DNA of 33,883 nucleotides from Candidatus Nealsonbacteria bacterium RBG_13_42_11 (GTDB lineage Bacteria; Patescibacteriota; Minisyncoccia; Minisyncoccales; RBG-13-42-11): NCBI GenBank assembly GCA_001821455.1, contig MHLY01000003.1, positions 10,994 to 44,876 of the forward strand, read 5' to 3'. Shown piece by piece: positions 15,631 to 23,649 of this stretch (position 1 is its first letter; each line of letters starts with the position of its first letter). The notes under the pieces were generated by a model. It saw only the letters and a program-made list of their open reading frames with translations, ran no database searches and was not told where the DNA came from. The position numbers and the translations under genes were made by a program.

Positions 15631-18285
15631 ATGACGAAATTCTTAAAAACGATTTTTCAAGGCAAAAAAACTCTATTCTTAATATTAGGATTGGGATTAT
15701 TTGTGTTTTTAATGCCTTTGCCTGCCTCCGCGCAGTGGTGGAACCCATTTAGTTGGGCTGGTGATTGGGTAATGGACATTATTTATGGTATTACTCTTCG
15801 AATGATAGCGTTTTTTAACGGTTTAATTCTTTTTATTCTTGCTTTGGTTTTTGGATTTATTTATTACATCATGGCTGGTATTTTAACTTGGGCGGCACAG
15901 ATTTGTTTCAGGGTCAGTGTAATGCCTGGCGATGTTGGAGTGATTGGCGCCGGATGGACTGTTACTCGAGACTTTGCCAATATGTTCATTATTTTAATTT
16001 TGGTGTTTATCGGCTTGGCCACCATCTTAAGAATAAAGGAATATGAAGCCAAAAAACTCTTTCCGCTTTTAATCCTGATTGCTCTTTTAATCAATTTTAG
16101 TCCTGTAATTGTCGGTTTTATTGTTGACATCACAAATATTGTTACCAACTTTTTTTTAAGCCAGATTGGTTCTTGGAGTTCTAATATTTTGGACTTGGTG
16201 TGGCAAAGCGCTTGGGACTATTTTGAAACTTTAATGGATATGTGGATGAATTGGGGAAATTTTGCGGAGACACTAATTGTTACGATAGGATCTTTTCTTC
16301 ACGGTATAGTCTTGGTTTGTTTTTGGGGTTTCGCCAGTTATGTTCTTTTAATGATTTCCGGTTTATTTATTGTCCGGATTGTAATTCTTTGGATTTTGGT
16401 AATTATATCTCCTGTTGCTTTCGTTTTTTACATTCTACCAGCAACCCGAAAATACTGGAAAGAATGGTGGCAGAACCTTATCCAATGGGCAATGATCGGA
16501 ATACCAATCGGCTTTTTCCTCTACCTTTCCTTTTTGGTTTTATCTAGCAGTACTGATATAGGAGATACGTTTGTAAGCTCAAATTTGGGCAGTCAGGGAG
16601 GGCATGGAATTGAAACCGCTGCTACAAAATTAGATCTTTCAGATCTTTCTGCTAGATTTGCTGTGCTCCTTACAAACCTACTCGCTCCTATTGTTTCTTT
16701 TGTTATGCTTTATATCGGATACAAAAAAAGCAGGAAAAATATGCCCGCTTTCGCCAATGCGGTTATAGACGGAGTGCAAAAAGGAATGAAATTAGCGGGC
16801 GTAGCTGCCGTGGCAGTAGCTACCGGCGGTCTCGGATTGGCGGCTGGAGCTGGAATTGGAGGAGGATTAGCTGGAGCAGGCGGAAGACTCGCAACCATGG
16901 GTGCGAGAGTGGGACAACTCTCTGAAAAAATGCCGAAAGGTTTTAAAACTATTAGTAGGCCGTTTTCAAAAGTTGTAGGTAAGGGGATGGAATTAACAGG
17001 AAAAACTATGGAATCAGGGGGTGAAAGATTAAAAACACGTGCGGAAGGGGAATTGACGCGTAAAACTGAGCGGGGGGGAGAAGAGCTTATTAAGAAAAAT
17101 CTTTCTACGGAGGAATTGGCCCAAAAGTTCAGGGATGCCGATAAATTACCTCCTGGTACGCGCCAATTGAGGAAAGATCAAGCTGTCTATGCCTTGCTTA
17201 AAACCAAAAAATGGGACGAGGCGGTTGATAAGGGATTAATAGATAAAGATAAAGAAAAAGCACAAGATATGGGAAGAGCTTCGGCAAAGCGGATGTGGGA
17301 TAATGGAATAAAGAATCCGGCAAGATGGCTACCGGATGGGAAAATGGCGGAAATGATCGCCCCCGAAGAATGGCATAAAGGAAACGAAAAAACAAAAGAG
17401 GGAGCGGCACTTATAGACAGATCTACCCAGTTACAAGATCCGGGTATGGCAGAGCTTGGGGCAGAAAAACAGGAAGAAGGAGAAACGATACACAAAAACA
17501 TAATGGAAAATATATTAGGGAAAGTAACCCCCGATGATATCGGCCACACGAGCGCGAATTCTTTAAAAGACAAAACAACAATACGGGTTATTGTTGACAC
17601 TTTTAGTGGTAACCAATTGGGAGCAATTGCAAAAAATTTCGGGAGAGATGTTGTAAATGGCATTCAGGAAGAAATAGACCGGCGGGGAGAAACAAAAGAT
17701 GATTTTAGAAAATGGGCTATGAAAAATCCGAGGGGTGCCATGTGGACCTTCAGTAATCCTGCCCAGGAAGGAGGTTTTGGGCCTCCAAAAGGCGTAGCAG
17801 GCCAATTTGATAAAAAAGGCCTTCAAAAAATATTGGGAGAAGCTAGAGGTTTAGCGCAAACAACCCGATCTGACCAAAAAAATGAATTAAGAAAAGCTTA
17901 CAGCGGCAACGAACAAATAATGTTTAGAGATTATTATAGAAAAGATACTCCAACCCAAACTAAAGCATTAATTAGAGAAATTGTGACTGGGGCGGGGAAA
18001 ATTATCCCTACCGAAGCAGAAATTAAAGGAAGAATTGGAAGTTTTGAGAAAAAATATGACGAATTGACTAAGGAACTTGAGAAATCACAGCAAATTTTTG
18101 AGGAAACTAAAAAAAGATTTGAAGGATTAAAATCTAAACCAACAACTCCCCCGGCCGATTTAGCCGCCGTCCAACAAGAGATGATTAATGCTCGGAATAC
18201 TTTTAATGCCGGTAAAGTTAAAATTGATATTGCGCAAAAAGGATTACTTACCACAGAAAAACAAAAATTAAAAGATCTTTGGTAA
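15631..18285 (+). CDS. Large polytopic membrane protein, VirB6/TrbL-like candidate, with Gly-rich segment and ~440-aa hydrophilic C-terminal domain
   Basis: 884 aa with a signal-like N-terminus ending PLPASAQWW, about 8 hydrophobic helices in aa 60-400, and the Gly-rich run GGLGLAAGAGIGGGLAGAGG. A charged, coiled-coil-prone C-terminal half follows. The assignment rests on topology and context only. Confidence 0.45.
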   Translation: MTKFLKTIFQGKKTLFLILGLGLFVFLMPLPASAQWWNPFSWAGDWVMDIIYGITLRMIAFFNGLILFILALVFGFIYYIMAGILTWAAQICFRVSVMPGDVGVIGAGWTVTRDFANMFIILILVFIGLATILRIKEYEAKKLFPLLILIALLINFSPVIVGFIVDITNIVTNFFLSQIGSWSSNILDLVWQSAWDYFETLMDMWMNWGNFAETLIVTIGSFLHGIVLVCFWGFASYVLLMISGLFIVRIVILWILVIISPVAFVFYILPATRKYWKEWWQNLIQWAMIGIPIGFFLYLSFLVLSSSTDIGDTFVSSNLGSQGGHGIETAATKLDLSDLSARFAVLLTNLLAPIVSFVMLYIGYKKSRKNMPAFANAVIDGVQKGMKLAGVAAVAVATGGLGLAAGAGIGGGLAGAGGRLATMGARVGQLSEKMPKGFKTISRPFSKVVGKGMELTGKTMESGGERLKTRAEGELTRKTERGGEELIKKNLSTEELAQKFRDADKLPPGTRQLRKDQAVYALLKTKKWDEAVDKGLIDKDKEKAQDMGRASAKRMWDNGIKNPARWLPDGKMAEMIAPEEWHKGNEKTKEGAALIDRSTQLQDPGMAELGAEKQEEGETIHKNIMENILGKVTPDDIGHTSANSLKDKTTIRVIVDTFSGNQLGAIAKNFGRDVVNGIQEEIDRRGETKDDFRKWAMKNPRGAMWTFSNPAQEGGFGPPKGVAGQFDKKGLQKILGEARGLAQTTRSDQKNELRKAYSGNEQIMFRDYYRKDTPTQTKALIREIVTGAGKIIPTEAEIKGRIGSFEKKYDELTKELEKSQQIFEETKKRFEGLKSKPTTPPADLAAVQQEMINARNTFNAGKVKIDIAQKGLLTTEKQKLKDLW

Positions 18286-18291
18286 ATAAAA

Positions 18292-18320
18292 TCGGGGCAG
18301 AAGAAAAGCTCCCGCCCCGA
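18292..18320. terminator. GC-rich hairpin between convergent genes (better suited to terminate the minus-strand gene)
   Basis: TCGGGGC (18292..18298) pairs with GCCCCGA (18314..18320) around a 15-nt loop. On the minus strand it is followed by AUUUUAUUUA; on the plus strand there is no U-tract. Confidence 0.45.
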
Positions 18321-18342
18321 AAGTCACGTAGTGAAAGGAATG

Positions 18343-18732
18343 TTATTTGGTCTTTGATTGAAGTATTTCTCGAAGCGCCAACAGTGCTTGAGGCCTCTTT
18401 TGCGAATCTCCACTAACTTTCAAAACCTCCAGTGCTCTCCGTCGAATTTCGTAAATTAACTGGAAATCATTAGTGGCAGCAATTGCTACGGCAGCCTCAT
18501 TAAGAATGCGACCCACCTCTGACTGAACATGTTTTATTTCCACAGCCTGTGCTTTCTTGCAAACCCTATCAATCACCGAGAATGAAAGCTGTTGATCTCT
18601 CTGTAGCGTTTTCACTTGTTTAAGGGTTTTAACTGCGGTCCTTAGCGCTTCTTCTCCAATTTTTGCTTTTGGTTTTCTACCGCCCGTGATTTCTGTTTCC
18701 AGATTATTATACGCTTTTTCGAGCTTGTACAT
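18343..18732 (-). CDS. Hypothetical all-helical protein, oppositely oriented inside the T4SS-like cluster
   Basis: The ORF track gives 18343..18777 from a GTG start. I prefer the ATG at 18732 (MYKLEKAYNN...) because AAGGAGGAG sits 9 nt upstream, one of the few clear Shine-Dalgarno sequences in the window. No family recognised. Confidence 0.5.
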   Translation of the reverse strand: MYKLEKAYNNLETEITGGRKPKAKIGEEALRTAVKTLKQVKTLQRDQQLSFSVIDRVCKKAQAVEIKHVQSEVGRILNEAAVAIAATNDFQLIYEIRRRALEVLKVSGDSQKRPQALLALREILQSKTK

Positions 18733-18829
18733 GGTTCTTTGCTCCTCCTTTCCTTTACCCTCAAATTTCCCTTTCACTATAATAAAAAACTGTCTTAATT
18801 ATACAATATAATTAAAATTTGTCAATAAT

Positions 18830-19279
18830 ATGACCAAAGAATTAACCCAAGAACAATACTGGAAATATTTTCAAAACATTTCAGACGAATTAAAAAATGC
18901 TATTTTTTCTGATGAAACTGCCGAAAACATCTTTGATGTTTGTGATAGAAACGATTTAAGTTTGGAAAAAATTACTGAGATTGCTCGTTATAGTGGTCGA
19001 GTCTTACTTGGGGTTTTACTACCGGAAGACTTTCAGAAAACCTTGGAAAAAGAGCTGGGCTTAGAAACAGAGATTGCGAAAAAGATTGCTCATGAAATTA
19101 ATCGGTTTGTTTTTTATCCGGTCAAACCGGCCTTGGAACAATTATATAATATCGGGATTGCCACAGGAGAAAAGAAACCGGAAACGATTCCGCTAAAAAC
19201 AGGCGAGAAAGAATTACCGGCTGAAGAAAAAACAGCAACACCATCTAAAGCAGATACATATAGAGAACCGATTGAATAA
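18830..19279 (+). CDS. Hypothetical soluble protein, first gene of the PrgI/VirB4 sub-operon
   Basis: 149-aa ORF that is helical and acidic. It lies 2 nt upstream of the PrgI-like gene. No family recognised. Confidence 0.5.
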   Translation: MTKELTQEQYWKYFQNISDELKNAIFSDETAENIFDVCDRNDLSLEKITEIARYSGRVLLGVLLPEDFQKTLEKELGLETEIAKKIAHEINRFVFYPVKPALEQLYNIGIATGEKKPETIPLKTGEKELPAEEKTATPSKADTYREPIE

Positions 19280-19281
19280 AT

Positions 19282-19695
19282 ATGCGCTTTACTGTTCCTC
19301 AATTTATTGAGCACGAAGCGAAAATAGTAGGGCCTTTAACTTTTAAACAGTTCATCTATTTCGGGATAGCGGGGAGTATTTGTTTTATTCTCTATTTTTC
19401 AGTGCCTTTTTCCGTATTTTTTCTTTCTTGTATTGTTTTAGGAATGACGGCTTTAGTTTTGGCTTTCCTAAAAATAGGCGGCCGGGGCGTACCCACCATT
19501 CTCAGCAATTTCTTAAGGTTTTCCTTAACTCCTAAAATGTATATTTGGAAAAAAAGCGAAAAACCGATTACGGTTTTTGAAAAAGAAATAAAAAAGGACA
19601 TAGATGAGGCTGAAGAGGGGCTCCCTCTAAAAATCGTCAAAGGAAGCCGGTTAAAAAAATTAAGCACTGAAATTGAAACCAAAACTAATCAATAA
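19282..19695 (+). CDS. PrgI family (VirB3-like) small membrane protein
   Basis: 137 aa. The N-terminus MRFTVPQFIEHEAKIVGPLTFKQFIYFGIAG followed by two TM helices matches the PrgI-family pattern. It sits directly upstream of the VirB4-like ORFs, and its stop overlaps the next start (TAATG). Confidence 0.65.
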   Translation: MRFTVPQFIEHEAKIVGPLTFKQFIYFGIAGSICFILYFSVPFSVFFLSCIVLGMTALVLAFLKIGGRGVPTILSNFLRFSLTPKMYIWKKSEKPITVFEKEIKKDIDEAEEGLPLKIVKGSRLKKLSTEIETKTNQ

Positions 19696-20324
19696 TGCCA
19701 CAAGCGTCAACTCAACAATTTTTGGAAATGGAACAAGTTAAAGAGGGGGTTTTTATATTGAAAAACAAGGGTTTAAGGGGGGTAATTATGGTTTCTTCCC
19801 AGAATTTTGCCTTGAAGTCAGAAGACGAGCAGAATGCCACTATTTATCAGTTTCAGAATTTTTTAAATTCCCTTGATTTCCCCTTGGAAATTGTTGTTCA
19901 GTCAAGAACTTTGAATATTACCGGTTATCTGGAAAAATTAAAAGAGCTGGAAAAAACCCAGGAAAACGAATTATTGAAAATTCAAATCTCTGAATACCAA
20001 AAATTTATAAAAGACCTGATTGCCGGCGGACAAATTCTATCCAAGAACTTTTTTGTCGTTGTGCCTTTTAGTTTAATTGAAATTCCAGGTTTCCCGAGCG
20101 CAAAAAAGAAAACGGATGGAACGCCAAGCGAAGACCAATTCCAAAGGGCAAAATCCCAACTCTGGCAAAGAATGGAATTTGTCGCTTTAGGCTTAAGAAG
20201 GTGCGGGCTTACTTGTGCTCCTTTGAATACTTCTGATTTAATTGAACTTTTCTGGAGCTTGTATCACCCTGATGAGGCTGAGGTCGGTTATTATCCTGAA
20301 ATTCCTTCAGAATTAATCCAATGA
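19695..20324 (+). CDS. VirB4/TraC-like ATPase, N-terminal domain encoded as a separate ORF
   Basis: 209 aa. VKEGVFILKNKGLRGVIMVSSQNFALKSEDEQNATIYQFQNFLNSLDFPLEIVVQSR resembles the N-terminal domain of Gram-positive-type VirB4 proteins. It overlaps the next ORF by ATGA. Confidence 0.55.
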   Translation: MPQASTQQFLEMEQVKEGVFILKNKGLRGVIMVSSQNFALKSEDEQNATIYQFQNFLNSLDFPLEIVVQSRTLNITGYLEKLKELEKTQENELLKIQISEYQKFIKDLIAGGQILSKNFFVVVPFSLIEIPGFPSAKKKTDGTPSEDQFQRAKSQLWQRMEFVALGLRRCGLTCAPLNTSDLIELFWSLYHPDEAEVGYYPEIPSELIQ

Positions 20325-22111
20325 TAAAATTACCTTTTTTAAAATCCAAAACAAGGGTACCGGAGAAGATTTTTGAAGCGCCGGCCATCGGGGCAAAAGA
20401 CATTATTGCTCCTTCTTCAATATTGATTTCTTCCGACTATTTAAAACTCGGGAAAAGACTGGCCAAATCTTTTTTTATCTTTTCTTACCCGAGATATCTC
20501 AGTACGGCCTGGTTTTCCCCGATCATTAATATGGACACGCCCATGGATATCGGTTTTCACATTTACCCCACCGAAACCGGCCAGATGTTAAAACGGTTAA
20601 TGAAAAAAGTGGCCGAGGTTCAGGCGGAAATAATGGAAAGGCAAGAAAAGGGACTGATCAGAGACCCGGCTTTGGAAACCGCTTATCAGGACTTGGAAGG
20701 ATTAAGAGACAGATTGCAAACCGCCCAGGAAAAAATGTTCAAGTTCGGCCTTTATTTAACCGCTTACGCAAACACGGAAAAGGAATTGAAAGAAATTGAA
20801 ACCACTTTAAGGTCGGTTCTGGAATCAAGATTAATTTATATAAAACCGGCTCTTTATCAGCAAAGGGAAGGGTTCAACAGTTCTTCTCCTTACGGCTTGG
20901 ACCAATTAATGGTTCATACTTCGCTGAACACCGAGCCCATTTCTTCAACCTTTCCTTTTGTTTCTTTTGATTTAAGCTCAAACGAAGGAATTCTATATGG
21001 AATCAACAGGCACAATAATTCTTTGATTTTATTTGACAGGTTTTCCCTGGAAAACGCCAATTCTGTTGTTTTTGCCAAAGCCGGCTCCGGAAAATCCTAT
21101 GCGGTAAAATTGGAAATTTTGCGTTCTTTAATGCTGGGAGTGGATGTTATTATCTTAGACCCGGAAAACGAGTATCAGGCCTTGTCTGAGGCGGTCGGCG
21201 GTTCTTTTTTTAATATGTCTCTTGCTTCACCAAGCCATATTAATCCTTTTGATTTACCGACCCCAAGGGAAGACGAGAAACCAGAAGATGTTTTAAGGTC
21301 AAATATTATTAATTTAGTGGGACTTTTGCGAATTATGCTGGGCGGTTTGACCCCGGAAGAAGACGCGATAATTGACCGGGCTTTAACAGAAACTTATGCG
21401 GCAAAAGACATTACTCCAGACACCGACTCCAATACCTGGCAAGAAAAAATTCCTTTAATGTCTGATTTTGAGATGGTTCTTGAGGGGATGGAAGGAGGTG
21501 AATCCCTGGTAAGAAGAGTGAGGAAGTTTACTAAAGGAACTTTCTCCCAGTTCTTTAACCAGCCCACTAATGTTTCCATGGATAATGCTTTTATATCTTT
21601 CGGCATCAGGGACATGGAAGATGAGCTGCGTCCCATAGCCATGTTTATCATTATGAGATTTATCTGGAATAAAGTCCGCTCGGAATTGAAAAAAAGAATC
21701 TTGGTGATTGATGAGGCCTGGTGGCTGATGCGAACCGAGGACGGCGCCTCTTTCCTCTTCGGTATCTGCAAAAGAGCCAGGAAATACTGGCTGGGAGTAA
21801 CCACTATTACCCAGGATGTAAATGATTTTATGAAATCCAATTACGGCCAGCCGATTATTACCAATTCCTCAATCCAGCTTTTAATGAAGCAGTCGCCGGC
21901 TACTATTGATGTACTGAAAAAAACTTTCAACCTAACCGAAGAAGAAAAATATCTGTTATTGGAGGCCGAGGTAGGGGAAGGAATATTTTTCGCCGGCCAA
22001 AAGCACGTAGCAATAGCGGTAAAAGCTTCTTATACCGAAGATCAGTTTATCACCACTGCCCCGGAAGAGGTCGCAAAAATAAAAATGGCTCGGGGAGAAA
22101 CGGCTTTATAG
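20321..22111 (+). CDS. VirB4/TraC-like T4SS ATPase, C-terminal NTPase part
   Basis: 596 aa with Walker A FAKAGSGKSYAVK and Walker B RILVIDEAWWLM. The 209 + 596 aa total is close to the usual ~800-aa VirB4 length. Confidence 0.75.
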   Translation: MIKLPFLKSKTRVPEKIFEAPAIGAKDIIAPSSILISSDYLKLGKRLAKSFFIFSYPRYLSTAWFSPIINMDTPMDIGFHIYPTETGQMLKRLMKKVAEVQAEIMERQEKGLIRDPALETAYQDLEGLRDRLQTAQEKMFKFGLYLTAYANTEKELKEIETTLRSVLESRLIYIKPALYQQREGFNSSSPYGLDQLMVHTSLNTEPISSTFPFVSFDLSSNEGILYGINRHNNSLILFDRFSLENANSVVFAKAGSGKSYAVKLEILRSLMLGVDVIILDPENEYQALSEAVGGSFFNMSLASPSHINPFDLPTPREDEKPEDVLRSNIINLVGLLRIMLGGLTPEEDAIIDRALTETYAAKDITPDTDSNTWQEKIPLMSDFEMVLEGMEGGESLVRRVRKFTKGTFSQFFNQPTNVSMDNAFISFGIRDMEDELRPIAMFIIMRFIWNKVRSELKKRILVIDEAWWLMRTEDGASFLFGICKRARKYWLGVTTITQDVNDFMKSNYGQPIITNSSIQLLMKQSPATIDVLKKTFNLTEEEKYLLLEAEVGEGIFFAGQKHVAIAVKASYTEDQFITTAPEEVAKIKMARGETAL

Positions 22112-22112
22112 T

Positions 22113-22128
22113 TTTGTGGTATAATAAA
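22113..22128 (+). promoter_or_regulatory. Extended -10 promoter element TTTGTGGTATAATAAA upstream of the Cys-rich pilin-fusion gene
   Basis: TGgTATAAT (hexamer 22120..22125) lies 12 nt upstream of the ATG at 22138. The 16-mer is identical to 15600..15615. Confidence 0.5.
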
Positions 22129-22137
22129 TAAAATTCT

Positions 22138-23649
22138 ATGAAAAAATTATTGCTTTTATTGTCTGTAATAATCTTTATTAGTTTTGTTTTTCCAGGGATT
22201 GCAGACGCTGCCGTGCTTAATCCCGGCGCTTCTTGTGCATCTGGAGATCAATGCTGTGAAGTATGTAAAGACTGGGCATCCGCCGCCCTAAGTCGAGGAT
22301 TCCCCGTTTATTACCAATGTAAAATGGGCATGAGTATTGATATGTGCTATGGAGACTGTGGGCCTAAATTATTTCAAAAATGGTATCTTCCAGGAGATTA
22401 CGGATGTGGTCCGTTTGGAGATTGCGCCTGCTTTGTTTGTCAGTGTAATAATATGTGTTGTGGCACCGGGGAAACCTGTGCTAATCCATACAGTACCTGT
22501 AAGGTTCCTGCGTGTAAAAATCAGGGTGACCCGTGTGCCAATAATAGCGAGTGCTGTAATAACACTTGTATAGACGGCTTTTGTTGTGATTCGGTTTGCT
22601 CCGACATATGTAAATATTGTGACGATGCAGAAGGGTTTGGTGCTTGCATAAATGTTCCAAACGGTATGGACCCCGATAATGAGTGCCCCGGGACATCTGG
22701 TAACGGTGATTTCTGTAATGGAGCGGGAGCCTGCCAAACGCAAGCTTCTTGCAAGGCGCTAGGTGCTTCTTGTAGTCTTACAAACTCAAATCTGTTTTGC
22801 TGTACTGGATATGGTTGTTTAAATGGAATTTGTACTCAGATTTGTAATAATGATGAGCATTGTGATACAGGTGCAGGAGAAACTAACGCGAATTGTCCTA
22901 ATGACTGTCGTCCAGGTGGAGGAACGGGTGGCGGCGTTATTCTTTATATTGCTGCTAATTACGAGGGGCCACTAACGGTTGGGAGCGAAACAGAAGCACA
23001 CGTGTTTACATCAAACGTCTCTAATCTAAATGATTTCCTCTTGATTTTAGAGGGATTTCCTTCGGCAGACACCTGGAACGACGAAGTTTCATCAATGAAA
23101 ATATCTCCGGGTTATAATGTTAAATTATGCAAAGCCGCTAATTACGGAGAGTGTCTATCCCAAATCTTCACAACCGATGTTGCTAACTTTGTGGATATTG
23201 ATTTTAACGACACTCTTTCATCGGTAGAAATAACTTATGGTGGGGCGGGTTGCGGCGATACGATTTGTAGCCCGCCACAAGAAAATGCTAATAATTGCCC
23301 AGCGGATTGCGGTGGTTCTGTTCCGGGTTCTCAGCCGATGCCTAAAGGACATCTTAATTTAACTTATCCGTCATTTTTAAACCTTGATTTAAATATGCCG
23401 TTAAATCAGCTTATTGCCCAGCTTTATTATTTTATAATAGCAATTTCCGGCTTGGCCGTATTTGTAATGCTGGTTTGGGGCGGTTTTGAATATTTAACTT
23501 CAACCGGAAACCCGTCAAAAATCGGCAATGCAAAAGAAAGAATAACCTCAGCGCTTCTGGGTTTATTGATTATTTTAGCTTCTTATCTTATTTTACAGGT
23601 AATTAACCCCGATTTATTAACGCTTACTTTACCACAAATCCAACATTAG
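22138..23649 (+). CDS. Secreted Cys-rich modular protein: knottin/hevein-like Cys modules, beta/gamma-crystallin-like domain, C-terminal VirB2/TrbC-like pilin domain
   Basis: 503 aa with signal peptide MKKLLLLLSVIIFISFVFPGIADA. Cys patterns are CKNQGDPCANNSECCNNTCIDGFC and CKALGASCSLTNSNLFCCTGYGCLNGIC. Two motifs CNNDEHCDTGAGETNANCPNDC and CGDTICSPPQENANNCPADCG bracket a Greek-key-like segment (ILYIAANYEGP...NDEVSSMKISPGYNVKLCKAANYGE...FNDTLSSVEI). The C-terminus has two TM helices around WGGFEYLTSTGNPSKIGNAKERITSALLGLLIILASY. Confidence 0.6.
   Translation: MKKLLLLLSVIIFISFVFPGIADAAVLNPGASCASGDQCCEVCKDWASAALSRGFPVYYQCKMGMSIDMCYGDCGPKLFQKWYLPGDYGCGPFGDCACFVCQCNNMCCGTGETCANPYSTCKVPACKNQGDPCANNSECCNNTCIDGFCCDSVCSDICKYCDDAEGFGACINVPNGMDPDNECPGTSGNGDFCNGAGACQTQASCKALGASCSLTNSNLFCCTGYGCLNGICTQICNNDEHCDTGAGETNANCPNDCRPGGGTGGGVILYIAANYEGPLTVGSETEAHVFTSNVSNLNDFLLILEGFPSADTWNDEVSSMKISPGYNVKLCKAANYGECLSQIFTTDVANFVDIDFNDTLSSVEITYGGAGCGDTICSPPQENANNCPADCGGSVPGSQPMPKGHLNLTYPSFLNLDLNMPLNQLIAQLYYFIIAISGLAVFVMLVWGGFEYLTSTGNPSKIGNAKERITSALLGLLIILASYLILQVINPDLLTLTLPQIQH

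Noticed and set aside
16710-16898. Pro/Ala-rich 62-aa minus-strand ORF
   Set aside because: It is the reverse-frame shadow of the Gly/Ala-rich segment of the 884-aa membrane protein.
22337-22754. Four overlapping ORFs in other frames or strands within the Cys-rich gene
   Set aside because: All lie inside the 503-aa ORF, which has a signal peptide, coherent Cys spacing and a pilin domain. The alternatives have no features of their own.
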